DNA of 64,000 bases from Zancudomyces culisetae HAW-14-8 (GCA_052426225.1 JBNJNM010000010.1:744001-808000); one strand, 5' to 3'; positions 13,545 through 26,598 are shown, counted from the stretch's first letter. Made by a program: numbers and translations. The notes: a model not told the origin generated them from the letters alone.

Positions 13545-14653
13545 TACACATGCTTCTGGCTTAGGGTTTAGTTACATTTATGCTATGTTAATCTAGATTT
13601 ACAACCCTTTGCTATTTTAATTTATACTCTATTTTGCTTGTGATTTTTTGGCTTTGTGGTTGTTTGTGTAAAGGTAATGGGTCAATATTACTACATCGTT
13701 CATTATAGGTTTGTGTTCATGTATTTCTTTTGTAACTCGCAGAAAGGTTCATTTTTTGAAAGCAGTGGCAGCTAAGCTTAACACGATTTATTACAATGCA
13801 TACAATTTCAAAACGATACGTAGACGATGAGATTACCGAACAAAAAGCAACGGATATTTTTTCCACACCAATAATGTGACTATATATCTAAACACCAAGA
13901 ACTACTGTCCCCTAAATAGGATATTTTGTTATTTCACCAGACCAGCTCTTGGTTATTATACAAGAGATAATGTTTGAAGGCATTATACTCGCGGAATGTT
14001 TATTATTCATAGAATTGTTGGAAGAGGACTGCATTTGCTAGCAAATAAATACTTTTAGTTTGCTCCAGAACTGCCATCCTGGTTTTTCTCTTTGGTGTGA
14101 TAAACGCATTGTTCCTTTTCCTATTTATTTTAGAGTAGTTATGTTTTTTTGACAGCTGGATAAAATCGTTGATGTCCTGGCTGAGTACAAAATAGCCTAT
14201 CGGCCAATTTCATTGATCCAGTTTCCTTGAATTGTAGATAACTATGGAACAAAGGGTCTTATAACGTGCCGAAACCTGATCCACTAATCTCAAAAAATGC
14301 GGCAGGCAGATATAAGATAACAACATATATGTTCCAATTCATCAGGTATACTCTTGTCTTTTAGACTATGCGTATTATCGCACCAAATACGGAGAATACA
14401 TCATCTTCCTTATTACAACAGAATGCCCATTCTTTTTGATATGTGTATTAGTGACACCTGTTTAGTCTATAAGGGCCAGAAGCTGGTTATAGAATGATAC
14501 TAAAAAAAAACTATATAAAGGATGTGATGTTCTAAAAATCTGTCCAGCTTAGATCGCATATCCCATCGAGTCAAGAGGTTATACCATATTATTAAATAGC
14601 GATACCTATTCGATCATTAAACAAAATAAAGTAAACTAACAGGCCAACATAGT

Positions 14654-15505
14654 ATGCTAGCAGTGCTGATCAGTCTTGCTTCACTTATAGCTGCAATTCC
14701 AAGTAGCAGTACTATGCCAGTAAGGCTAAGTGCAGCAAGTTTTTACAAACGAATGTACAACGGAACTCTGGCAACGCTGGATGAGTTTCCTGGGATTGCT
14801 AATGTAATTATTGGATTCAATGGATTTGCAAAGTCCTGCACCGGCACGCTCATTACGAATGAAGCTGTATTGACAGCTGCACATTGTCTCGAGAAAGATG
14901 GTGTTTTGGGGCTTGCAGTGAACTCTTTTGTTGGTGTAGATAGCTTGCAGGACGCTCTTAATAACAATAAAACTATCAGGGTTAAAAAATTGGAGGTTTA
15001 TCCTGGGTATTTTACCAATAACCTAGAAGATTTAGGTATTGTGCACTTGGACAGAAGATATGACAATTTAAGAGCTAGTACCATCAAAGTAGTTGGAGAA
15101 CACGTTTTACACAACACAAAACTTTCAGCCGCAGGCTGGGGGGCTACTGAAGACTCGAGTAATGAACAATCCACTAAAAACAGGGGTAGGCTTTTGAAAA
15201 AAATTGATTTTTCTGTCACCCAGTACCCACTTGTTGGGCGCACTGTAGCACTTGCATTAATCAATAAAAAGGTATTTTGCGCAAAGGTTGAAGATGGTCA
15301 GGCGCTTGGGAGTGGCGATTCAGGCGGGCCTGCCGTCGTTGATGTTAATGGTGCTAAACTTCAGGCGGGAATTTCTGCGTTGTCATTATCGTGGATGGAT
15401 CCAGGCATTAGCAGCTTCGAGTTTTCATGTTTTGTAAATGTTTTTAATTATATCAACTGGATTGCGTCCGTCATTGGTGTTAGTCCAGATGAATTAATCG
15501 GATAA
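14654..15505 (+). CDS. Secreted chymotrypsin-fold (S1) serine protease
   Basis: Signal peptide; KR|MYNG activation site; CTGTLI, LTAAHC, DLGIV, AAGWG, GDSGGP. Confidence 0.9.
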   Translation: MLAVLISLASLIAAIPSSSTMPVRLSAASFYKRMYNGTLATLDEFPGIANVIIGFNGFAKSCTGTLITNEAVLTAAHCLEKDGVLGLAVNSFVGVDSLQDALNNNKTIRVKKLEVYPGYFTNNLEDLGIVHLDRRYDNLRASTIKVVGEHVLHNTKLSAAGWGATEDSSNEQSTKNRGRLLKKIDFSVTQYPLVGRTVALALINKKVFCAKVEDGQALGSGDSGGPAVVDVNGAKLQAGISALSLSWMDPGISSFEFSCFVNVFNYINWIASVIGVSPDELIG

Positions 15506-17725
15506 AGGCATGTATTGGACACTGTTATAACATAGCCACATTATCTCTTGATCTTGCCTTTATCGCTATTTGTATTTTCACCTGATAAACTGAGTAACTA
15601 AGGAGAAAAGCTTGAGTTTAACGCGTTAGTGAACTTTAGATAGCGCCAAAATAAAGAATCTATCACCTGTCACAGTCTTAGAGTGCTTTTAATATTCTAG
15701 TTAGGTTTTTAAACTAGCCAACCTTTGGCTAAATTGTGTTAACTGAGAACTTGCATATAGTGGAAGTTAAGAGAAAAATAACAGGAAAGAAGAGAAGAGG
15801 AGAAAACAAGGAAAGGATCCTGTAGTATCTAGCGTCTTCTTTCCATAAAAGGAAATCTTTTTATCTTTTTTTGCCTTAAACAACTTTTCGTGTATTGTTG
15901 CGTCCATTAGTTGTGTAGTTCTACCCCAATAGCAATTCAAATGCAATTTTAAGAAGAGTTGGACCAAACCGCGTTTTGTGACTATGTATGCGTATAAACA
16001 ATTATCCACCCCATCCCATTCCACCCCATCCTCACTCACTGCTCAAGCATTGCGTATTTGTGACAAACAATTGTTATTTTACTTACTAAAGTGTAGGGGC
16101 TAATGATGTTAGACTGAATATCACCAAAAAAAGTTGTGTTGATGATCATATCGCAAAGAACTATATGACAAGCAAATTATTGACATACCATGTAGTCATT
16201 ATTTGTGTTGGGAGGGGAGGTGCAGTTTTTTTTTTGTTATTGGAATACGTGTCTGTTTTGAACGTCGGTAGAAAGTGGCAATGTTGTATAAAACATACAA
16301 AGCAGCGTGAAAATAATGTCACAAGCAAAGTATTACTATTTTATTTGTTTATCTGACCCAATATTTGTAACCCAACATTTTTAAAGAGTAACGGAAAAGC
16401 GGACAGTTTTCCAATCTAAGGAGTGTATTTCCCCAACATCTTTACAAGAATTTTTTTTCATAGCACTCATTCATTAATTAGCAACCGGAGTACGAGTTGC
16501 TTTTTTTTGTAGCTAATTACCCAACTATATATTTTTTACTTATGAGGAAGAAGGGGACAAGGAATAGTTAGCTCATGTATAAATTTCCAAAAATGATAAA
16601 TTCCGAATTTACCCATTAAGGCTGTTTTGTTCACATACTACAGCTTCTAAAGGCTAAAATACTTTTTACGTCACGGCTGAAAGAAGGAAAATAAATACAA
16701 AATTAGGTGGTATCTTTTTCTTTTTGTTAAAATTCCGCAAAATAAAGGCACATTTAGCAACGTCTTTTCATTAGGAACATATATGCATGTTATGCTCTAA
16801 TACTTGCGTCATTGTTAGATTGAGTACATGATGTGTATTTTCAAATTTTTATTTGCTCGTTGTCAATTTTTTCTAACAAACTCTAACCATCTGTAAAGCC
16901 CATCATAGCGTATGTACATTTTGCATGCGACTAGTATCAAAATGATTAAACCATACATATTTTAAGCGAAGAAAAACCACACACAGGGTATTTTTTGTCC
17001 AAGTTGTTTATGCTCATTTGAATATTTTGGTTCAATTAGTCTTATGGTATATTTAGCTGAAGACTGGTGTTAAAAATACCTTTTATTACTCATTGAATTC
17101 GTTTTTTCCGGTTCATCTACCAGTATTCGGTAATTTTCAACGCATTTCCTTTTGTTCTAGTTACCTATTTATTTACAAACATAGTGGTGGGTTGTAGCCT
17201 TTTTGTTTCCTGTGAATATCATTTATTCTTACTTCATCCATCTCATAACACTAACAAGTTGTCCTATTTTGGATACGGAACTTTAGAAAGACACACAGAT
17301 GCATATTTGTTTTTGAGTCCGCTATATCCTATTGGTTTTTAGGTTTCTTTTTGTTTTCTCCTTTCGTTTGAGTGAATACCCTTCTCACAAAAAAACATAA
17401 GCATACTAGAACGACAAAAATAACCGTTTATGCTCTGCACGTTCTGTATGTAGTTCCAAACAACAGATTTTCAAGTTAAGTTATATACTCTCTACTGACA
17501 CCAACTATATTGTAGTAGCTTCCTTTTTGATGCCGACCCTCCCCCCCCCCCTCGCAAAGGTATAAAAAGCGACAAAAATTTTCCAAACATCATAACTCCA
17601 AAGTGTTTCGCAAACAAAAGAAAGTACACCTTTTACATACTGTTATAAAATACAACTTGTCAGCTGAACAGCGTGAAAAATTAACCAGAAAATCAATAAA
17701 TCTACCAGAATCAAAGCAACAGAAA

Positions 17726-18070
17726 ATGATGATAAAAAGCATTACCCTTGGTCTTTTGTTTTTAGTAGCTCTTACTATGTGCAGTGCTAATGGTAAAATA
17801 TCGTGTGACGATGAAAACAATGTGAAGTTTATTATTGGTGATTTTTCGCTTTCTGGAAAATGTCCTTCAGATTCAAAGTGTGGCATTAAAGATAATAAAC
17901 AAGGCTGCATATTAAACGATAAAATAATTGCTGGATGCAAAGACGGGAAAGATCATATTGAATGCTATGTTAGTGGAGGTTTTAACCGTATTAGAAACCT
18001 CTCATATGAAACAATCAGTACACTAATGGTGGCTGGATGTATCTTAATTATGGCAACTGGGATCTTCTAA
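17726..18070 (+). CDS. Small Cys-rich secreted, probably GPI-anchored, protein
   Basis: MMIKSITLGLLFLVALTMCSA signal peptide; 6 Cys in the mature region; SGG then spacer then hydrophobic C-terminal tail; upstream TATAAAA near 17561. Confidence 0.6.
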   Translation: MMIKSITLGLLFLVALTMCSANGKISCDDENNVKFIIGDFSLSGKCPSDSKCGIKDNKQGCILNDKIIAGCKDGKDHIECYVSGGFNRIRNLSYETISTLMVAGCILIMATGIF

Positions 18071-18638
18071 TCACCCACGTTGGAACTCGGTACGGGTTCT
18101 CCTTTTTTACGTTTATACCTGAAAATTCACACATCTCTGTGTGAATTTAACAAGGTTATTTTTCTTAGTTGTTTAAAACGTTTAGTCTCTTCTATTAGTA
18201 GTTTTTTTTAAATTATTTGGTATGAAGGAGGCTCAAAACTAAATAAATAAACCATTCAAAGTTATAACGAAATGTTTTAGTAAGTAGTGATTTTTGTGTT
18301 TTTTTTAGCTCATGCTATGAAGTTTCTCAGAGTAGTGGTGTGATGGAGGGGGGGGGGGGGGTAAAGAAGTGGTAAATTCTACTGGGATGCGTTTGGAAAC
18401 GGCTTGAATTAGCTCTCCAGTAGCACCGCCATGAAATCTTTGCTAGTGAAGAAGGGGGTGTAATGAAGCAAATGCTAATCCATGAGATAAGATGGATGAG
18501 AGAATAAGCAAGTAAACCAATACTTTATTTTTTTATTGAAATTGAAAATTAGACCAGTGTCAGTAAATGCTAAAACGACTTGGTTACAAAGAAAGCTCGA
18601 TTAAACTTCAAAATGTAACCCCTAAAAATATCCTAGCA

Positions 18639-19521
18639 CTAAACCTTGAAATAACCCTCGGATTGGTATGTCTTGATATCTTCGGTGTAGTCGGCCTTTT
18701 GAGGAGTCTATTTGAGTTAAGCGCACGTAAATTTGATTAAATTCGAGCGTATAAAAGAAGGAGTTAAATAATAAACAAGCTACACAAATTAGTTTATGGC
18801 TAGTAGTTTGACACCTTGTAGTTTGAGTACCAATGTTTTATAAGCGTAATGGTGGGTTAATACGCTAAATAGAAGAGCAGGAGCGATAAAAAAATAACAA
18901 AAAAAATTACCTGTGGCTTTGGTGGTTCTACAAATTCCTTGGCGGCTACATCGGCTTTTACGGCCTATCAAATAGTAAAATACAATGTGAATGGAATATA
19001 CAGTGATAAAAACTGATGGAAATCTAGACCATGGCTACTTTCGAATTCGCCTACATAATAAAGTACTTCTCCGAGAAGATGGGTGTGGTTTGAATCAAAT
19101 CAAGTTATAATTACCTTTGGATCCTTCTTGTAGTTACGCAATTCCTTCAAATAGGCATCCTTGAGAATATCTAGAATTGAAAATAGGTAATAGTAGTCAA
19201 TATTTAGATCTCTAGAAAATTGTGTCACGTCTGGAATCCGTCCTGCTCAGCTTTAAAAAAACGAGAAATTGCCGTTGAACAGTTATATGAATAACAAGAT
19301 AAAAACCCGAACAAAGGATGAAAGTAAATGAATAACAAAAAAACAAACCTTTATTGGCAGAAGAAGAGACAAAAGATCTTGAGGCGATTTGGATGGCGTT
19401 AACAGTCTAGATTAGGCAGGCAGATAGTTATTGGTAAGAACACGATTGTCCGAATCAGCCTTTGAGAATCCTGAAAAAAAAGTTAAACACTCACCTTCAA
19501 ACTCCGGCTGATTGACAACAT
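18639..19521 (-). CDS. ATP14: Mitochondrial ATP synthase subunit h (F6), 5 exons, not in the ORF track
   Basis: Spliced: MLSISRSLK/TVNAIQIASRSFVSSSANK/DILKDAYLKELRNYKKDPK/AVKADVAAKEFVEPPKPQ/TPQKADYTEDIKTYQSEGYFKV; presequence plus the D-x-Y-L-K-E-L-x-x-Y-K motif. Confidence 0.8.
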
Positions 19522-20098
19522 TTTCGATATCGTTTGGTATTTTGTAGTTTCTCAAGTTAAGAATAACAACTTTAACAACAAAAAAAATTTTAATGAATTT
19601 TCTAAGGCGCTGTTTTAGAAAAATATAATATAAAATAACCCAGCAAAATGTGATTGAATTAGGGAGAGGTGAAGTTGAAAAAAAAGATTCGTTTGATAAA
19701 GGGCGGATAGGAAATAAACATTGTTGTTGGTTTGGGCCATACGTGAGGTCTCAGCTTTTTTGAATTTGATAAAAGAAAAATTAAACGAAAAATTGCAAAA
19801 ATATAGAGGAGCAAATGAAAGCGGTTTTCTGCTGGGGAGAGGGGAGGGAAGTGCTCTAATTAGTAGAAAAAATTTTTTATGCCTGTTAATCAGTTTTTCA
19901 TTGAAATCAGAGTTGGATATGCAATTATTTGCACATTTCTGGTTACTAGTTATAGAAACAGCTTTAGAATAAGAAGTACATTTGCAAAAACACATAACGA
20001 GTACAGCGGAAACAAATTTAAAAATAATACAAGGAAGCACAGCTAAAGAGCTTTCAGAGAACAAGAAAAAATAACAACACTTCAAATAGGCGCAAAAA

Positions 20099-20275
20099 AT
20101 GGTGAAAAAAGCAAAATCCAGAATAATTCTAGTCAAATTATTAAGTTCGGCAAACACCGGATTCTTCTATGTAAAATCGCGACCAAGAGCAGCTACATAC
20201 CGACTGTCATTGATGAAATTCGACCCACGAGTGAACAAGCATGTATTATTTAATGAAACCAAGATGAAAAAATAA
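20099..20275 (+). CDS. MRPL39: Mitochondrial ribosomal protein bL33m, 58 aa, below the ORF-track cutoff
   Basis: [30 protein letters not shown]...[18 protein letters not shown] is a typical L33 sequence. Confidence 0.92.
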   Translation: MVKKAKSRIILVKLLSSANTGFFYVKSRPRAATYRLSLMKFDPRVNKHVLFNETKMKK

Positions 20276-20331
20276 GGATTGTTTTATTCCTTTTACAAAA
20301 ACAGAAAAAAAGTAGGTAGAGAATCTAAAAG

Positions 20332-21149
20332 TTAGAGATTGTGTTTTTTAAGTAATAAATCCAACTGACAAGAAAGATTTAGTTGGCCCTTGGAAGTTCT
20401 TTTTGTAGCCAGATATGTGTTGAGTTTTCGATTTTTCTTTTTGGTATTGATTTGGCGCCTTTTTTCAGCTAGCAGTTTGGCCTTTTCTTGCGATTTTGCC
20501 AATAAATCATTAGACTTTTGTGTATGTGCTTTAACATTTTTGGAGTAAGGATCGTGTCTACGTGGTTTTTTATTGTCATCGTTCTTGTTTTTTCGTTTAA
20601 TGTTAGATTCTTTGCTTGAGTGTTGGCTGGCATCGCTTGATTCGGAGTCGGAGTCGGGCTCAGACCCGGATGGGGAATTAGATCCAGCCTCGGATTCGGC
20701 ACCAGAATCATCAGTCGAAGCACCGTTTTCCCCAGAATGCTTACTCCTGTCTGCTTTTTTTGTTTTTTTCCCAAAGTCAGGCGATTTCCTATTTACATTT
20801 GCATCTTTTTGCGAGGCTGTTTCTGCAGTGGGATCAGAAGTAATTTGGGCATACAGATTTTTTAAATAATCTGATTGTTGGTCGTTTTTTAGATAGTTCT
20901 TCTTTGCCTTTTCAAGGGATTTGTAGCGTTTAGAGCTTTTGTTTTTTTGAATTTGTTTTTGGATTTCTAAAGCAATGAAAACGAAAACAAAATTAATGTT
21001 GGAACAGTAACGAAACCAAAAGATAAATTCATAAAAACGAGAATCATAGAAAGTTTCCACACTTTACAGACATCAGTAAACCAAAAGACACACTTACTTA
21101 TTTTTTCTAACCCATAAACCTTGGGCTTGAATGACTTTGATCTGTTCAT
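20332..21149 (-). CDS. FYV7: rRNA-processing protein Fyv7/TAP26-like, 2 exons
   Basis: Lys-rich with acidic Ser tract; C-terminal KRTSKGQLNLSCQLDLLLKK resembles the KRTKKGQP..LLEKI motif; gtaagt donor near 21098. Confidence 0.65.
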
Positions 21150-21463
21150 TCTTTTTGTGTCTGCCAGGCTCTATCGCGTTTCCTAACGTGGAGGGGGAGG
21201 GGGGGGTGAATTTCTATACTACTTTTGTCCAAAAATTATATTACACTGCTTAGGCTTTTCCTAATTATTATACACTCTTTCTTTGTTGTAAGCCGCTTTT
21301 ACTAATAGGAATAGAGTTTTACAGAAGTAAAAAGTCTTTACTTGATTGAGGATCTAGCTCAAAAAAATATTTTTTTTCTGATACTGCTTTTTTATTTGCT
21401 AGAGAGGAAATGGCTGTTAAAAAAAAAGACTTTGTAAAAAAGCTGGAAAATGTGAAAAAAAAT

Positions 21464-23619
21464 CTATCTCCTCTTGGACTTATTAGACTTTTTAGACTTT
21501 TTGGATGATTGGGACTTGGGCGAGTTGAAATTTAGCGCATTTGCAGCCTCAGCAGATACTGCACCCTGGGTGCCACCACCCGATGCGGCTTTAGAGGCGT
21601 TTGTGTTAGCCCTTCTAGACTTCTTGGGTCTGTAGTATGATCGCTCATGTAGGGGTATCCAACGTTCCTGGTCAACGGGTTTGTTTTGGGAAAGAGAATG
21701 AGGTGGGTTCCTGGAGAGAAAATTTTTACGGTATCTTTGACGCTTCTTAGCCTTTAACGTGTTAAGTTTTTTAGCAGAAAGCTTTTGTGGGGGTTTTCTT
21801 GACGACTTAGCAGTAGAGTAGCGAACCTTTGAAGATACATATGAAGGGAACTTAATAGAGGATTTTAGAGGAGAGGAGGGAGCAGTCGATGATATGCAAG
21901 AGGACAAATGCTTGGATAAGACTGAATCAGAGGAAGACAAAGTGGAGGTGTTTGGAGAAACTAGATACAAATATGCGGCGCACAAAAGATTGGAAGAGTC
22001 GAGAGAAAAGGCGGAGGATAGCGAGGAAACAGAATCGGCAGAGCTGTTTGAAAGAAGGAAAAGGGATAGAGCCGAGTAAAACGAGGGTAGTTTGGCTAAG
22101 CAGCGCTTGAAGGAGGAGCAGAGATCATCGCAGCTAGAGGAAGTGTGCTTCTTTGACAGTTTTCTGAGCAGTAGTGAGATTCTGGGAGCATATTCAATCG
22201 AATTAGCAAGGTTTAATGACGAATCATCAAATAGCACAGCAATAGACTGGAAAACATCTTTACTTTGTGGTGATTTCTTTCTTGAAAGGAGATTTAATGC
22301 CATGTAAACATATTTCAATGGAACATTTTGCTTTTCTCTTTGTGCCAATTCAACCAATTTTGTTATCGCATTTTGACTAGTTTCAAAATTGTATGCATTC
22401 AAACCCTCGATGTCTGTAGTTTTTGCGAGGTTGCTATCACTCTGGACAAGTTTTTTGGCTTTTAGCCCATTTCCAACGCTTAGATAAAGTCGCGCCAAGT
22501 TGTAGATAATGACTTGTTTCTGCGCAGTCATCATCTGCTTGTATGCCTTGCTGTTCTTGATTGTATTGAGTTTGTTAATGGCTTTGTGTTTCGCAGCTCT
22601 GCTTTTATCCAGCTGTACTATTGTTTGGTTGGCTATGCTAACAGCTTGTGCCACTACATCACCTGTTTGTTTTGCTACCTGCTGCCATATTCTTAGTGCT
22701 TGTCCTTTATCTCCTTTAAGATATGCTACATATCCTATCTGGCCTAAAATCATTCCCACCTCCTCTTCTATCTCCTCTTCTAAATAGCCTGCCTCTTTAA
22801 GTTCTGTCTCCGCTATCTTCTTCGCATTCTCTAGGTCCTCGATCGCCCTTTCGTATTCTCCCATACGAACTTTTACAAAGGACTCATTGAATATCGCTTC
22901 ATAACTTCTACCCCCATCTTCTTCTTTGACACCCTCCTTTAGACTACCCGCTTGTGCTTTTGCTGCTTTGCTTGCCCTGATGTTGATATCGATATCTCTT
23001 TGCTTTGTGTCATCCTTTTCACCTTCTCTAAGTCTCTCGTATATCTCTATACTCTTTTCGTACTCCTCTGTTTTGTAATACTACAGTTATTTATTTTATA
23101 CACATTTAATCTGGTTAATTTTACACAAATAATCCCTGCTACTTCCTTCAAAATACACAAAACTTACTATTTGTGCCTTAAGATGAAGAACTTTTTCTGT
23201 TTCGCTCAGCTTTGACACTACTTCAATAGCTTTTTCGTACTCTCCAAGCATAAAGTAGCAATATCCTTGTTCAAATCCCACCGATACCTTTGCCAAACGC
23301 CTATCTTCCATCACTTCATCGATTTCCTTTATGGCGTCCCTGTACTTGCCCATCTTGATCAAGCTCTTGATCAAAATTTCTACCACCTTCTTCTCTTTAC
23401 GCCCCTCTTGATTGTCTATTTATATAATAATATATATTTTATTGTAAAACCATCTCTTTATCCATTTAATCGCTGTTTAAAATCAACCTTCCATTGAAAA
23501 AAAATAAAGTAGGACTCACATTTTGCGCATTCTTCAACCACGATTTCATACTTTTTGTTTTTCAATCCCTCAATAATCCTTAGAAGGATTTCCTGTCTTT
23601 CTGTTTCTATCACCGCCAT
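21464..23619 (-). CDS. SRP72: Signal recognition particle subunit Srp72, about 3 exons
   Basis: N-terminal TPRs (FEQGYCYFMLGEY, HLKAQI); C-terminal RNA-binding motif DQERWIPLHERSYYRPK and GGGTQG. Confidence 0.9.
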
Positions 23620-24059
23620 TTCTTTCTTTTTCTCACCTCTTTCTGTACTTGTTTGACTCGATCTTTTAAATATTTATAGCTTCACTCCAGTTTACAAGTT
23701 TGACAAAGTTGTATAATAAAATAAACGAACTTTAAAAATTACAAATTCGGAAATTTTTTGTTTACCAATTCATAACAGCTAAATATTGGTGTTAATTCAG
23801 CAAATCAGCAATATGCATGGGGGGATCTACCCTATACACCACAATCCTAAATGTAATTGCATTTCTATCTTTCTTTTTTTTTTTGCAAGAGGCAAAAACC
23901 ATCTACATAACAGTTTTGCGAATTGTTTGCGAGTTGTAATAAAGTTATTAGTGAGTGAAAATAAATAACAAGTTTTACTTTTTAACTTTATAATTTTCAG
24001 AAAAGCAAAATATAGAGATACTTTCTCGCCATATTCTGTGAAACTAAAAATGATTTGTT

Positions 24060-24585
24060 TGTTGTGGCCAGATCAATTGCACCACCAACTGCTACACTAG
24101 CTATTGTCCTTATGAAATTGAGCTGTTAATCCTGTCTTTGTACATGCTAAAATTCACAAGCACTATGTATTTCTGCAAGTAGGATATAAATCAATATCAT
24201 GTTTTCCGTTTACTGTTTGAAATTCTCCGAAAGATGTTATTCCTAATAGTTTTTTCTATTGTGGTCACCTTCGCTATGTTTATTTTGTCTTGTTATTAAT
24301 GTATCTCAAACTATATAGGCTATTCAGGGATACAAACCATTTTGCTATATATATTCGTCTTTTATCTACGTGATAAACACAATGCGCGGCTTTCAGCGTA
24401 ACAGTACATAATATTATGATACCTGTGCATCTCTTAGTTTCCGCGCTTAAACCCATTTTGATGTGATTTATTCCCAGGAAAATCTCAACCATTGCCCACT
24501 TACCCCCGATCATCCTTTTGTACTGAAGTTTAACGTTGCTTATTAGAGGAAAACTCATACATACTAATAACTCTATAACCATCAA
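24060..24585 (-). pseudogene. Degenerate S1 protease paralogue
   Basis: YKRMIGG, RCTGIII, LKAAHC and INNKT parallel the 14654 protease; stop after about 100 aa; no GDSGGP recognisable downstream. Confidence 0.65.
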
Positions 24586-25794
24586 CAGTTCCTTTTGCGA
24601 TTAATTTTGCCTTCAATGAGTAATTAATAGCAGTGGTTCTGAAGCAATTTCAGTATTGGACAGTAGATGCGAACACAAGCGCAAACACAAACATTCGTAA
24701 TTTACATGCATTTGTGATATATACACAAAGTTGTGCTGGTGTTTAAATCCTATTTACATTTATTTTTGTTGCCATTCTCTGATCAGTTTTATACTTGCAT
24801 TTGGTACCTTCTTTTTCATCCTCCTTAGGTTTAGGATTTTGTTCAGTATATCGCTAGTTCGATACAGAGCTATTAATGTGCTGAAGAAATAATATCACCA
24901 AGGTGTTTTGTCGATTTTGCCTCTATTTGTATAAAATCACCTACTCACAAGATGAGGTGGCGTAGGAAGTCATATTACTGTCGATTTTGGTATATATCCA
25001 GTGTCAATACAGTCAGTCCCACTAGTTTTTTATCCAACCTATATTAGTAACACCACGCACCACATGATGGTAAAAATAAATAAATAGGGAGTTCCAGTGT
25101 CCAAAAAACATTCTTTTTTGGAAGTGTTTTTATGTTTCTGGACTGTATAATACTGAGGCTAAAACAGGCTTGTTTTTGTTTGCTTGATAAAATCGTATTC
25201 ATAAAATACACATTTCCAAATATAAAGCTGTGAATATTATTATTTTTTTCTCTGCTCCTTTTTTTTTACATTTTAGAGATAATATAGACCTTATTACGCT
25301 AATACATTGAGCAATACGTGTCAGGGCAATACAGAGTTTAAAAGTTACATAAAGCATAGTGTTACACTCTCCTACACTAGCATTTTGCTATGTAGCTTAC
25401 GGTTATAGTTCCCATTGTCGATCAAAAATATACAAAGCATAAGCATATCCAAGCTAATTGGGACGTCTTAGATGTAGGGTATAATTGAATAGCAGTATTA
25501 TAGCTGGGCCTGTAGCGTTTTAGTGACTCGAAAAAAAATTGCTTAAGGGTTCACCCAACTGTCCTTTACATTTGCAGATACATTTTAATGTGTTTACATG
25601 TGTTTTCCTCATTATAGTGAAAGAAATGCATCAAAATTGTACCGATTTCCATATCTCTGATAATTGGCCATCTCGCCGAAAAGTAAACATGATTTTGCCA
25701 TATTTGAAATATAATTATATTTACACACTTTTATAGCTTTTAATATATCCAAACATAAAATAATTAACACAAGCCTGATTTCAATAAAATAAAG

Positions 25795-26598
25795 ATGACC
25801 GAGACTCTCGCAATAGACGAATTCTGGAAACAAAAGCAACAATGGGTTAGAGATATGCGGATTGAATTCTGCAGGAGACCCAATATGCCTGAAACCCACA
25901 ACATTATTTTTGAAAATGGTGATCTGAACCAAGAGTAAATATTTATCATACAATACAAGTACATATTTTTGACTGTTACGCCTTATCAGTTATTTTTTAT
26001 CTTAGTGAATAGAACTGGGTTAAAAATTTGCTTTAAATCACCAAAGAAGAAAAAAAATGAAAACGTAAAGAAATAATTCAATAGATACTTTGCTAAGCCT
26101 CACGATTACGTTGAAGAGGAGCAGGTAAAATGGGGAGAAGAAGAGAAAAGGGCTTTAATAAAGGGATTGGAACTGTATGGAGTAAGCCATTTTAGAGAAA
26201 TTTCCGAAAATTTGCTGCCAAAATGGGTAAATCAACTACATAATTAATCTTAGTGATAAGTATCATGTATTCATATATCAGAGGACATGTAATTGGATGA
26301 TAAAAATATAGATAATAGTGATATTACTAACTATAAGAACGCTAATTGTATGATTTATCAGAGTGTAAATGACCTGAGAATTAAATGCATGCGGCTGATC
26401 GGCAGACAAAACCTTCAGCTCTATAAGGACTGGAAAGGTACTGAAGAAATGATACTACACGAGTACGAAAGAAACAAGGCTATAGGTTTGGCACATTCCA
26501 CCTGGAAGGGCGGTGTACTTGTTTATGACGATGAAGGAGAGGTATTAAAAGCTATTGAAAAATCGAATGCCGAAGATCCACCATTCAAAAATCAGTGA
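25795..26598 (+). CDS. SANT/homeodomain-like HTH protein, probable p2 (AMTP2) subunit of the MTA1c/AMT1 DNA 6mA methyltransferase; exons 25795-25934, 26085-26226, 26362-26598 (172 aa)
   Basis: Spliced ORF MTETLAIDEFWKQKQQWVRDMRIEF...ENGDLNQEYF...KWGEEEKRALIKGLELYGVSHFREISENLLPKWSVNDLRIKCMRLIGRQNLQLYKDWKG...; motif order resembles ciliate p2 as I recall it. Confidence 0.7.
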
